Shown here piece after piece: positions 28,157-37,083 of a stretch of 64,000 bases of DNA (positions are counted from its first letter, which is position 1; each line of letters opens with the position of its first letter). The DNA comes from an uncultured Victivallales bacterium (GTDB taxonomy: Bacteria > Verrucomicrobiota > Kiritimatiellia > UBA8416). Position numbers and translations under genes: made by a program. The DNA is taken from contig CAZNWT010000005.1 of assembly GCA_964576795.1 (NCBI GenBank), positions 17,696 to 81,695 on the forward strand. The letters are read 5' to 3'. The notes below the pieces were generated by a model. The model was not told where the DNA came from, ran no database searches, and saw only the letters and a list, made by a program, of their open reading frames with translations.

Positions 28157-29041
28157 ATGGCAATTTCGAGTATGACTGGATATGGACGGGGAGAGGCCGC
28201 TTCCGGTGGGGTTACGGTGACCGTTGAGCTGAGTTCTGTGAACCGCAAGCAATTTGATATGCGTGTGAATCTGCCGCGGTCGCTTGTGGCATTGGAATCG
28301 CAGGCATCCAAGGTGGTGCATGCCTATGTGTCCCGGGGATGTGTGACGGGTAGTGTTTGCATCTCAGTGGAAAACTCAACGCGAAGCGGCGGCATTCAGG
28401 TTGATATGGCTGCGGCTTCGGCTTATGTGAAAGCGTTACGGGGGGCGGGAAAGCAACTTGGGTTAGTTGATGATTTATCAATAGGGTCATTGGCTCGGCT
28501 GCCCGATATCATTCGGTTTGAAAATGCGGCTGAGAATTCTGAGAAGGTTTGGCCGGTACTGAAACGCGCTTTGCGGAGCGCTCTTGTGAAGTTGGTCGAA
28601 ATGCGTGCTCAGGAGGGAGCATCCCTTGAGAAGGATCTCACAAAACGATTTTCAAAACTAGAGCGCCGCGTGGGGCAGATACAACGTTTAGCGCCCAGTG
28701 TTCCGCGTCACTATCGAAAGGCGCTTTTGGCGCGCATCGAAAAGGCGAATCTATCGGTGGGTCTCAGTGATGAGCAATTGGCCAAGGAAGTGGCTATGTT
28801 TGCCGATCGTTGTGATGTCACAGAGGAGATTGTGCGTTTAGGGAGTCACTTTGAGCAGGTTCAGAAACTGATGCAGAGTGAGATTCCTTCCGGTCGCGCC
28901 TTTGATTTCCTGTGTCAGGAATTTTTGCGAGAGATCAATACAATTGGTTCAAAGGCAAATGATTCTCGACTTTCGCAGCATGTGATTGCATTCAAGACGG
29001 AGCTGGAGTGTATTCGGGAGCAGATTCAGAACGTTGAATAG
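28157..29041 (+). CDS. yicC: YicC-family stress-induced protein
   Basis: N terminus MAISSMTGYGRG with the YicC_N + DUF1732 architecture. Confidence 0.75.
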   Translation: MAISSMTGYGRGEAASGGVTVTVELSSVNRKQFDMRVNLPRSLVALESQASKVVHAYVSRGCVTGSVCISVENSTRSGGIQVDMAAASAYVKALRGAGKQLGLVDDLSIGSLARLPDIIRFENAAENSEKVWPVLKRALRSALVKLVEMRAQEGASLEKDLTKRFSKLERRVGQIQRLAPSVPRHYRKALLARIEKANLSVGLSDEQLAKEVAMFADRCDVTEEIVRLGSHFEQVQKLMQSEIPSGRAFDFLCQEFLREINTIGSKANDSRLSQHVIAFKTELECIREQIQNVE

Positions 29042-29042
29042 T

Positions 29043-29636
29043 ATGACGAAACCGTTGCTAATTGTAGTGTCGGCTCCTTCTGGGGCCGGAAAGAGTACGC
29101 TCTGTGATCGTTTGCTTGCGGAGGACTCAAGTATTGTGTATTCCGTTTCTTGTACAACGCGCCTTCCGCGCGGAGAGGAAGTCGATGGTGTTGCTTACTA
29201 TTTTCTTTCGCCAGAGCAATTTGAGTCGCGCGTCTGCGCCGGGAACTTTCTTGAGCATGCGACGGTGCATGGGTATCGTTATGGAACACTGAAGGAGACG
29301 GTTCGTTCTGCCATGACTATGGGTAAGAGCGTCATGATGGATATTGATGTTCAAGGGGCTTTTCAGGTGCGGGAGACGTTAGCCACGCTTCGTGAAGATG
29401 ATTCTATGGTGCGTGGTTTTGTGGATCTATTTATTCAACCGCCTTCTATGGATGCCTTGCGGTTTCGCCTTGAGGGGCGGGGAGAGGATGCCACGGATGT
29501 GATTGAGCATCGTTTGAAGAATGCCACCCAGGAAATGGCGTGTGCGGATGCCTATCGTTATACGGTTGTAAACGATAAGCTTGATATTGCGCTCACCGAG
29601 ATTCGTAATATCATAGCGAGGGAGGTCACGAAATGA
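29043..29636 (+). CDS. gmk: Guanylate kinase
   Basis: MTKPLLIVVSAPSGAGKSTL P-loop and YYFLSPEQFE. The ATG at 29043 abuts the yicC stop. Confidence 0.85.
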   Translation: MTKPLLIVVSAPSGAGKSTLCDRLLAEDSSIVYSVSCTTRLPRGEEVDGVAYYFLSPEQFESRVCAGNFLEHATVHGYRYGTLKETVRSAMTMGKSVMMDIDVQGAFQVRETLATLREDDSMVRGFVDLFIQPPSMDALRFRLEGRGEDATDVIEHRLKNATQEMACADAYRYTVVNDKLDIALTEIRNIIAREVTK

Positions 29637-30175
29637 ATGTATTGCTAGGGGTTACTGGGTCGATTGCGGCATACAAGGCGGCTGCATTAGTTCGACTATT
29701 TCAGAAGCGAAATTGTGATGTACAGGTTGTGATGACTCCGTCTGCAACTGAGTTCGTTGGTGAGCTGACGTTCCGTTCGCTTTCGCAACATCCCGTCCAT
29801 GTTGAGATGTTTCCGAAGACGGAGTCTTGGCGGCCGGATCATATTTCTCTGGGGGAGTGGGCTGACGTGTTTCTGATTGCGCCCTGCACTGCAAATGTGA
29901 TCGCTAAGCTTGCACATGGCATTACTGACAACCTGCTTCCCTGTACCGCTCTGGCGATGAAGGCCCCCTTGGTTGTGGCCCCGGCGATGAACGATCGTAT
30001 GTGGCTGCATCCGGCGACCCAGGAGAATGTGGTATGTCTGAAGGGGCGAGGCGTAACGATTGTAGACGTGGGTTCAGGGGATCTTGCCTGCGGTTATCAG
30101 GCGCAAGGTCGTATGGCCAATCTTGATGCTATTGTTGATGTTGCACTGTTGCGAGGAAAGGAGTTCAGAGCATGA
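29633..30175 (+). CDS. coaC: Phosphopantothenoylcysteine decarboxylase (stand-alone HFCD flavoprotein, CoaC half of Dfp)
   Basis: GVTGSIAAYKA, PAMNDRMWLHPATQEN and DLACGYQAQGRM align with the Dfp N-terminal domain. There is no CoaB domain. Confidence 0.7.
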   Translation: MNVLLGVTGSIAAYKAAALVRLFQKRNCDVQVVMTPSATEFVGELTFRSLSQHPVHVEMFPKTESWRPDHISLGEWADVFLIAPCTANVIAKLAHGITDNLLPCTALAMKAPLVVAPAMNDRMWLHPATQENVVCLKGRGVTIVDVGSGDLACGYQAQGRMANLDAIVDVALLRGKEFRA

Positions 30176-30351
30176 GTAGGCGATTTGTTGCAGGACTGGT
30201 TTTGATCGGTGTTGCGGTTTTAATTCTTCTTCTGAATACGAATGGTGAAGTTAAAATCAACTTTTTCTTGTTTAAGATCGAAATGCTCACGTCGCTGGCT
30301 TTCTTCTTCTTTTTAGCAGTTGGCGTGTTTATCGGGGCCCTGTTGCGATGA
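30172..30351 (+). CDS. Small membrane protein (59 aa, LapA-like), absent from the ORF track
   Basis: MSRRFVAGLVLIGVAVLILLLNTNG…LTSLAFFFFLAVGVFIGALLR has two predicted TMs. Its start and stop overlap coaC and the DUF192 gene as ATGA. Confidence 0.4.
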   Translation: MSRRFVAGLVLIGVAVLILLLNTNGEVKINFFLFKIEMLTSLAFFFFLAVGVFIGALLR

Positions 30352-30710
30352 GGAGGGCGCGGCTTGTTGCTGCTGGTGAGGTCATTGTTCCTCGCCTTCT
30401 GATTGCGACCCGAATGCTGGATCGAATGCGAGGTCTGTTGGGACGTGCGAGTCTTCCAGAGGGAACCGGAATGTTTCTGAAACCGTGTGGTTCTATCCAC
30501 ACGGTGGGAATGCATTTTTCACTGGATGTTATTTTTCTGGATCGTCAGCAACGAGTTGTTCGTACGGCACAGAGGTTACACCCAAATTGGTTTGCGCTTG
30601 GCGGGCACAGCGCACATGCGGTTGTGGAGTGTGCGACCGGGTGGTTGGATGTTTCATCACTTACGCGAGGGGATCGCCTAGAGATCCTCTTCGATACTGT
30701 CGGTGCGTAA
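30348..30710 (+). CDS. DUF192 (COG1430) protein
   Basis: RMRGLLGR…GMFLKPCGSIHTVGMHFSLDVIFLD matches the DUF192 pattern. Confidence 0.6.
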   Translation: MRRARLVAAGEVIVPRLLIATRMLDRMRGLLGRASLPEGTGMFLKPCGSIHTVGMHFSLDVIFLDRQQRVVRTAQRLHPNWFALGGHSAHAVVECATGWLDVSSLTRGDRLEILFDTVGA

Positions 30711-32042
30711 CGGCTTTGCGGATAGAATTTCGTTATGTGGTATCGTTTTGAAGATGCCGGGATGTGTTTCCAGTTTTACGTTTTTCTGTGCGTCGACCTC
30801 AATCAGAAGCCCCGTGTAGACTTCTGTGCTGGTTTTGATTTCGTAGTTCGGAATGAAACGGCGTTTTAATTTGAAATGACGCGTTAGAATTTGGTCTCGT
30901 ACGATATCAATGCCTGCCTTACTTTCGTAGTAACCGACCTTTGTGAGGGTGATCACATGGCCCCCCGGGGGCAGCAGGTCGATTGATAACTCCTGTGAGA
31001 TTCGATCCGTAGCGTTGGTTCCTGTTTCTGTGCTTCCCACGCTCTTGCCATCGAGTACTACATCAACCTCGGCGGGTTCCGTCGTGATTCTGAGTTCTCC
31101 CGCATTTCGCTGGAGGCGAAACTCTTCAACAATATGCTGGTCGCGGCCAACGTCTATGTTGCGCAGTAGTATGTCGTGTGCTGCCATTTCTGCCCGGACA
31201 CGATAGGTGTTTGGAAGCAGAGTTTCCAGTTTGACAGGGGATTTTCCGCGGAATTGATTATCAACATAGATACGGGCACCAACAGGGATAGATACAATCG
31301 TGAGATCTGATGGAATGGGCTTGAGGATTGCCGTGATGGTTTGCGTTTCGCCGGCGGCGAGTTTGAACGATTCGTTGTAGAGTTCGTAACCCTCGAGAGT
31401 AAGTTCAAGTCTGAGGTCTCCAGACGGGATGCGATCAACAGAGCACGGCGTTGTTCCTCGCGCGATTCCGCTAAGGGTTACAGTGGCGCCAGTGGGTTCC
31501 GAGTCGAGCTTTAGCGTGGCTGAGTCGGAGGTTAGCGTTATGTCGTGTTTTGTGGGGCAACGTCCCTCAATGGTGAGTTCAATCTCTTTGGATATGTAAC
31601 CGGGTTTGTGTAGGCGGGCTCGGTAGTGCCCCAGTGGGAGATCCGCAATGAGAAGCGGGGTTGCGCCTCGATGTGCTCCGTCGATCTCCACCTCAGCACC
31701 GACGGGTATAGAGTGAATGAGAATAAGCCCACGTGTGGCGCTCAGGCGAAATTCGCGTGATAGCTTCTCCATCGAATCCAAGGTGACCGTTTCGCGAATG
31801 GGGTCATAATCGCGTTTCTCGACGAGCATCAGATGTTTTCCAGGGGCGAGGTCTGTCAGGGTTAAGGGGGTGACGCCGCGTGGGGTTTCGTCAATGGTTA
31901 CTGTTGCCCCGAGGGGATCGGATTCGATATGAAGCTGCGCGGGTGCCGCTAGAGCGGCGGACCGTGCGAACGTTGCGAGGAGTATTCCACAGATGAGACG
32001 CGTAAGGGTGCTGCGGGTGCATTTGTATCGGAGTGCTGTCAT
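30678..32042 (-). CDS. PEGA-domain repeat protein (secreted or envelope)
   Basis: Signal peptide. Roughly five consecutive PEGA-type domains, each about 70 aa with a PxGAxV… core (e.g. SDPLGATVTIDETPRGVTP, SIPVGAEVEIDGAHRGATP, SIPVGARIYVDNQFRGKSP). Confidence 0.7.
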   Translation of the reverse strand: MTALRYKCTRSTLTRLICGILLATFARSAALAAPAQLHIESDPLGATVTIDETPRGVTPLTLTDLAPGKHLMLVEKRDYDPIRETVTLDSMEKLSREFRLSATRGLILIHSIPVGAEVEIDGAHRGATPLLIADLPLGHYRARLHKPGYISKEIELTIEGRCPTKHDITLTSDSATLKLDSEPTGATVTLSGIARGTTPCSVDRIPSGDLRLELTLEGYELYNESFKLAAGETQTITAILKPIPSDLTIVSIPVGARIYVDNQFRGKSPVKLETLLPNTYRVRAEMAAHDILLRNIDVGRDQHIVEEFRLQRNAGELRITTEPAEVDVVLDGKSVGSTETGTNATDRISQELSIDLLPPGGHVITLTKVGYYESKAGIDIVRDQILTRHFKLKRRFIPNYEIKTSTEVYTGLLIEVDAQKNVKLETHPGIFKTIPHNEILSAKPLRTDSIEEDL

Positions 32043-33331
32043 TTCAGAGATTCCAGTTGTGCGTCTACTTCGATGAGCTTGTTACGTGCTTCTGCATGTC
32101 TTGAATCCTCTCGGTTAGGAATCAATTCCAGCAGAGTTCGTAGCTCTTCAGCGGCGGTTTCCCACTCGCGGAGGCGAATAGCGCGTTCGGCTTGGAAGTT
32201 CTGTTCTTCGTATCGTTGTATAAGGTCTTCCTCGCACTGACGTTGGGATACGAGAATATCGCCATAAAACGGCGGCTTTTCTTCGACGGTTTCGAGATAC
32301 CATGCGGCTTCCTTGAAACTCTTGATTGCAGCGGCGAGGTTGCCGAGAGCAATAAGGCGCTCTGCGTATAACTTCTTTCCGAGAAGGTAGGTGTCATTTG
32401 CCATTGTGATCAGCTTCTCCGTGGAAAACTGAATGGCCCAAAATCCAAGTTCAACGTGTCCGAAATCCTCAAGCTTATCTCGGACCATGGTGAATATATC
32501 GGGTTCGATGCAGTTGGTGACACGCACCTGATGGGTGTCTTTTCCAATGGTGATTGATATTGTGGATTGCTCAAGCGCATTTGGATTGACGCCGGGGTAG
32601 GTCTCTTTGAGATCAAGAAATCCAGATTGACTTAATGTTTCGGCGAGGCCTTCAAGGAGATCGGGTTGAACCTGTTTAGATTCGCGAACGGTACGGTTGT
32701 TCTCCAGATCGTCTATGTCGATGGAGAGAATTCCTTCAGGAGTGATGGTTAGGCGGTAGTAAAAAATATTGCCGTTTGAGGCTTCGATTTTTTCGTAATG
32801 CACGGCCAGCGTCATATCGACTTCTACCACAGATATGGCAATTGGTGCTGGGGTGGGTGCTGGGCGATTCAGAACTTTCAACATATAGGCAGTTGCAGCG
32901 ACTGCAATGACGATGCAGAGAGCGGTGAGGAGTGTTCCAATGCCGAATTGTTTAGAGGGTTTCTGGGGCGTCGCGTTTCCGGAGAGTCCAAGGTTGACCG
33001 GATGATCTGAGGGTGTACTTGGAATGGTGATACGTCCATCGTTAACGACGCATAGGACGGAGTCTCCAATGTGAATGTGATTGCCACTGTAGATGGGAGC
33101 CTCGACGATGGGTTTATTGTTGAGGAGTGTCTCGTTGGCACTTCCCAAGTCTGCAACCCAGAGCCCGTCATCTTTAAAGAAAATGCGGCAGTGGTGGCGG
33201 GAGAGCAATGGGTCAACTAGGACGATATCGTTCTTTGATGAACGCCCCACGCGCGCACCCTCGGGGGGGATTGTGAACTGCTTCCCCGCATCCTCGCCAT
33301 GTTCTACTCGAATGTGCTCAATACTTTTCAT
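32039..33331 (-). CDS. FHA-domain membrane protein with a TPR-like C terminus
   Basis: N-terminal FHA (GARVGRSSKNDIVLVDPLLSRHHCRIF…NGT-like), one TM (IGTLLTALCIVIAVAATAYML), and a C-terminal helical region. Confidence 0.65.
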   Translation of the reverse strand: MKSIEHIRVEHGEDAGKQFTIPPEGARVGRSSKNDIVLVDPLLSRHHCRIFFKDDGLWVADLGSANETLLNNKPIVEAPIYSGNHIHIGDSVLCVVNDGRITIPSTPSDHPVNLGLSGNATPQKPSKQFGIGTLLTALCIVIAVAATAYMLKVLNRPAPTPAPIAISVVEVDMTLAVHYEKIEASNGNIFYYRLTITPEGILSIDIDDLENNRTVRESKQVQPDLLEGLAETLSQSGFLDLKETYPGVNPNALEQSTISITIGKDTHQVRVTNCIEPDIFTMVRDKLEDFGHVELGFWAIQFSTEKLITMANDTYLLGKKLYAERLIALGNLAAAIKSFKEAAWYLETVEEKPPFYGDILVSQRQCEEDLIQRYEEQNFQAERAIRLREWETAAEELRTLLELIPNREDSRHAEARNKLIEVDAQLESLK

Positions 33332-33415
33332 AGTACCTCTCTCGAAACTGTAGCAGATGGTGTATAGAGCGACAAGCCTTCTGCGACGGGATTAGGGTTA
33401 TGGAGCTTCGTATAA

Positions 33416-34984
33416 TTAAGCGTCGGGTTGTCGGTAGCGAGAACGCTCGATTCCAAGGTGTTTGATTCGATAGTTGAGAATGCGGGGGGTTGTCTGCAGG
33501 TGACGTGCTGCTGCTGCGGCGCTGCCACGATATTTTTTGAGTGCGTCTACCAGTAACTCACGTTCATAGGCGTTGACCATGTCTTTTAGGCTGGCCCCTT
33601 CGGTCGGAATCAGTCCTGTTTTGGTTTGCTCTTCGGTCTGTAGAGAGGGGGGCAAACTGTAGGCGTGAATGACATTATCCGCGCTGGTTAGCACGGCGCG
33701 TTCAATACAGTTTTCAAGCTCCCTGACATTGCCTGGCCAATAGTAGGCCATCATCATATTGATAGCGGCAGAGGAGATGCGCTTTATGTTCTTGCCGTAG
33801 GCTGCATTGTATTTCTGGACGAAATGATCCGCCAACAGAATGATGTCGGATCGCCGATCCCGTAGGCGGGGAAGCATGATTGGAAAAACGTTCAGTCGGT
33901 AGTAGAGGTCCTCGCGGAATCGGTTTTCACTGATTGCTTTTTCTAGATCAATGCTGGTTGCTGTAATGACGCGAACATTGACGTTATGGGTTGTCGTTCC
34001 GCCCACGCGCTCAAAGCAACGTTCTTGAAGCACGCGCAAGAGTCGCACTTGGATCGCGGTGCTGATGTCTCCAATCTCATCGAGAAAGAGTGTGCCTCCG
34101 TTGGCGAGTTCAAAGCGTCCTTGTCGCTGTTGCATGGCTCCAGTGAAAGCCCCTTTCTCATGTCCAAACAGTTCGCTTTCAATAAGATTTTTGGGAAGTG
34201 CTGCGCAGTTCACGCAGACAAAAGCATTGTTGCGCCGTGGACTGCTGAAGTGGATAGCGCGAGCCACAAGTTCCTTGCCGGTTCCCGATGCCCCCCGAAT
34301 CAGAACGGTTGCGGTGCTGTCGGCCACCTGCGCAATTTGGTCGTAGATCGCACGCATGCCGTGGCAGTTTCCGATGATGTTGGATGGACGGTAGCGGTCT
34401 CCCAGTTCTTGCTTTAGTTTGCGGTTCTCTGCCAGAAGGCTGTCGTGCTTTTCCATTTGCTGGCGAATGCGAGAGACGGCTTCGGCGAGCAAGTCGGCAA
34501 CAAGTTTCAGAAAGTTCAGATCCTGCTGTAGTTCTTCTTCGGTGGCGAGGGGGCGGTCAATGCTGATTGTGCCCACGACTGCGTTTTGATGTGAGATGGG
34601 GACACAGATAAAGGCGAGCTTGTTGGCTTTTCGGGTCTGAGTTCTGTCCAAAAAGTTTGGATTTGTTGATACATCAGGAATAAGAGCGGGTTGTCCCGTT
34701 AGTGCCACCGTCCCGGTAATTCCCTCTCCCAGTCTGTAGGAGCCCAGTTGGCGCTCTTTGGCAGAGAGACCGCGAGAGGCTTCAATATCAAAAATGTCTG
34801 AGTCCAAACGGCGAAGTGTAAGTGTTGCCCGCGCGAGCCCCATTTGGGTATCCAGAATATCCAGAACTTTATCGAGTAGATCTGCAATGCCATGTTGGTG
34901 TGCCATGGCTTGTGAGATGCGATATAGGGTTTCAAGCTCTTGTTCAGCTCGACTTCTGTTTCGTGTTGGTGATTCTATATTCAT
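33416..34984 (-). CDS. σ54-dependent transcriptional activator (GAF–AAA+–HTH; NifA/FhlA-like)
   Basis: GAF domain. The σ54-interaction module carries GASGTGKE, ESELFGHEKGAFTGA and RVITATS, and a C-terminal Fis-type HTH follows. Confidence 0.85.
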   Translation of the reverse strand: MNIESPTRNRSRAEQELETLYRISQAMAHQHGIADLLDKVLDILDTQMGLARATLTLRRLDSDIFDIEASRGLSAKERQLGSYRLGEGITGTVALTGQPALIPDVSTNPNFLDRTQTRKANKLAFICVPISHQNAVVGTISIDRPLATEEELQQDLNFLKLVADLLAEAVSRIRQQMEKHDSLLAENRKLKQELGDRYRPSNIIGNCHGMRAIYDQIAQVADSTATVLIRGASGTGKELVARAIHFSSPRRNNAFVCVNCAALPKNLIESELFGHEKGAFTGAMQQRQGRFELANGGTLFLDEIGDISTAIQVRLLRVLQERCFERVGGTTTHNVNVRVITATSIDLEKAISENRFREDLYYRLNVFPIMLPRLRDRRSDIILLADHFVQKYNAAYGKNIKRISSAAINMMMAYYWPGNVRELENCIERAVLTSADNVIHAYSLPPSLQTEEQTKTGLIPTEGASLKDMVNAYERELLVDALKKYRGSAAAAARHLQTTPRILNYRIKHLGIERSRYRQPDA

Positions 34985-35419
34985 ATATATGCTCCTCTAA
35001 GGAAAACTGGGTTCTTCCTCGTTTTCACGCTTAGTTGCCACTCCTAGTTGACGCGTTTAGTCGCAATTGACTTACCGATAATGAAGCGGTTCGGCTAAGT
35101 GTACCCGACTAGGAGTATGGACTAAGAGTATCGGCTAAGAACTTTTTACATTAAGTATTACATATTTGTATCAAATATAAAAGTTGTCAACATAAATGTA
35201 TTGTTTGTTTATGGTGATTTGGTTTGTGTTGTTCGAGATGACATTCATAAGGCGTTTATTATAAAATAGATGCGACTAATGTTTGCGTCCGGTTTGAGAT
35301 GTTGACACGTCATTTGCGATATAGCATCGCAGTTCGAACGATTGGGTTATTTCAAGTTGGTCAAAGCGTGAGATTAGCGTGTTTGTATACGCTGGCAAGA
35401 AAAGGGGAGGGTGAAGAGT

Positions 35420-36169
35420 CATGAGAGTGATGAAATGCATGTTGATGGGGACGATTATTACGGGAGCACTTGTGTGTGGTAGTGCAGTGTGGGCGTAGGA
35501 TGCTGCGACTACAGATGCTATTGCTGCAGCCAAAGATGAGGTGACGCTGAACTTAGATATTGTATGGACGTGTATAGCGGCATTTCTCGTGTTTTTTATG
35601 CAGGCAGGGTTTGCCATGGTTGAGACGGGATTTACCCGTGCAAAGAATGCAATCAACATCATGATGAAGAACCTGATGGACTTCTCCATTGGCACCCTTG
35701 CCTTTTATCTGGTTAGTTTTGGGCTCATGTTTGATGTCACAAAGGGGGTTATTTTTTGGCTTTTCGGGGGGTGGACCCTGCTGGCAGCGGTTGGGAATGG
35801 ACGTTTTTGATTTTTCAGACGGTGTTTGCTGGCACGGCCGCAACCATCGTGTCTGATGCGATGGCTGAGCGTACAAAGTTCAGTGGCTATGGAAGTAAGA
35901 TTTACAAGATGTCTGTGACCAATGCCTTGGGGTGTGGCCAGCAGATGGGATATCACGAGTCCTATCGAGGTGTGGATGTTGAGGTCAACCTTCTCAAGAA
36001 ACTGCGCCTCGAGATTGCGGTGAATGCGGATTATGTTAAAGAGACGGTGGATGCCATTATAGAGGGTGCTCGCACGGGGGAGATTGGCGATGGAAAGATC
36101 TTTGTCTTGGACCTGCTGGAGTGCATCCGAATCAGAACCGAGGAAAAAGGGAAGGCGGTGGTTGGGTAG
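35420..36169 (+). pseudogene. Decayed ammonium transporter (amt) fused by deletion to a P-II (glnK/glnB) C-terminal remnant
   Basis: Signal peptide MRVMKCMLMGTIITGALVCGSAVWA then TAG. The Amt N-terminal core continues in another frame (LDIVWTCIAAFLVFFMQAGFAMVETGFTRAKNAINIMMKN). After a third frameshift comes …AERTKFSGY, joined directly to P-II residues ~20-112 ([22 protein letters not shown]…[21 protein letters not shown]). Confidence 0.7.
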
Positions 36170-36316
36170 GCACGTTAACCTAAAAAGAGCAGTTGAAATG
36201 CTCTTGCTGGGGTCAAGCCGTATGTTGAGTAGAGTGCTGAGAATGAATAAATGTTAAGAAAATAATTGTTGCGCCTTTCAGAGTGGGCGCGACAGCAAAA
36301 TAAGGTAGGAATCAAA

Positions 36317-36643
36317 ATGAACAGAACATTGAACGTTGTGGGAATGGTGGCGGTGATGTTGGTGGCTGGATCTGGGCTTTACGCTACAGAAGCCAGTCTT
36401 TCTTTGGACTTCGCAAGTGCGTATGTGTTACGTGGGGTCATATTCAATGATGGGGCTGTAACCCAGCTTGGTCTTGAGGTCAGTGATTTAGGCGGATTGA
36501 CCGTGGGTGCCTGGGGTAATGTTGATATTGACGACTACGACGGTGCGCTTGAGGGAGGTCAGATGAGTGAGATCGACGTGTATGCTTCGTACGATCTTCC
36601 TTTGGAAGACCCCGTGGCTGTTAGTGTTGGCATTGACTTTTAA
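36317..36643 (+). CDS. Short secreted Gcw_chp (TIGR02001)-like protein
   Basis: Signal peptide MNRTLNVVGMVAVMLVAGSGLYA, then SLDFASAYVLRGVIFNDGAVTQ…TVGAWGNVD…EIDVYASYD, ending in a C-terminal Phe. At 108 aa it is much shorter than typical family members. Confidence 0.4.
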   Translation: MNRTLNVVGMVAVMLVAGSGLYATEASLSLDFASAYVLRGVIFNDGAVTQLGLEVSDLGGLTVGAWGNVDIDDYDGALEGGQMSEIDVYASYDLPLEDPVAVSVGIDF

Positions 36644-36677
36644 AATCTTTAGCCGAAAGCTACAGAAATGAGTGAAT

Positions 36678-36718
36678 GCTCACTGCGGATTTCGCTGGGT
36701 TCCGCAGTGAGCTTTTTG
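36678..36718 (+). terminator. Rho-independent terminator
   Basis: gctcactgcgga-(loop)-tccgcagtgagc followed by ttttt. Confidence 0.75.
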
Positions 36719-36937
36719 GAGTGCAAATATTGCCTTTTCAAAAAAGATTAAAAAAATGGTAATAATTGTTGACAGAGACTGATGGAATGATAGTCTTGCG
36801 CTCGTTTTTTTTTGGGATATTAGGGCAGTAAACAGGCGGAATAACGTATCTGAGACAACAGGAATTTGAACCTTAGCCAAATGGTTAAGGCCGTATTTCT
36901 GTTGTTTTTCTGTCATGATGGGGAGTTTGGGATCGTA

Positions 36938-37013
36938 GCCCATGTAGCTCAGTCGGCAGAGCACGTCCTTGGTAAGGACGAGGTCAGCGGTTCGATCCCG
37001 CTCATGGGCTCCA
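36938..37013 (+). tRNA. tRNA-Thr (anticodon GGT)
   Basis: The 76-nt cloverleaf folds by hand with acceptor gcccatg/catgggc, anticodon loop ttGGTaa, T-loop ttcgatc and a 3' CCA. Confidence 0.85.
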
Positions 37014-37083
37014 GTTTTTGAGATAGCGTACATAGACAACGAATAGTAACTGAATCAGCAACAAGGACAACGGAGGAAACATC

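Noticed and set aside
27895-28311. 138-aa minus-strand ORF spanning the prfB–yicC intergenic region
   Set aside because: It overlaps the yicC start, is low-complexity and proline/serine-rich, and has no support. No known ncRNA signature (RNase P, tmRNA or SRP) was recognised in that 258-bp gap either.
33332-33415. σ54 (−24/−12) promoter upstream of the FHA–PEGA genes
   Set aside because: No TGGCAC-N5-TTGC match is seen in this gap or in the 34985-35420 region.
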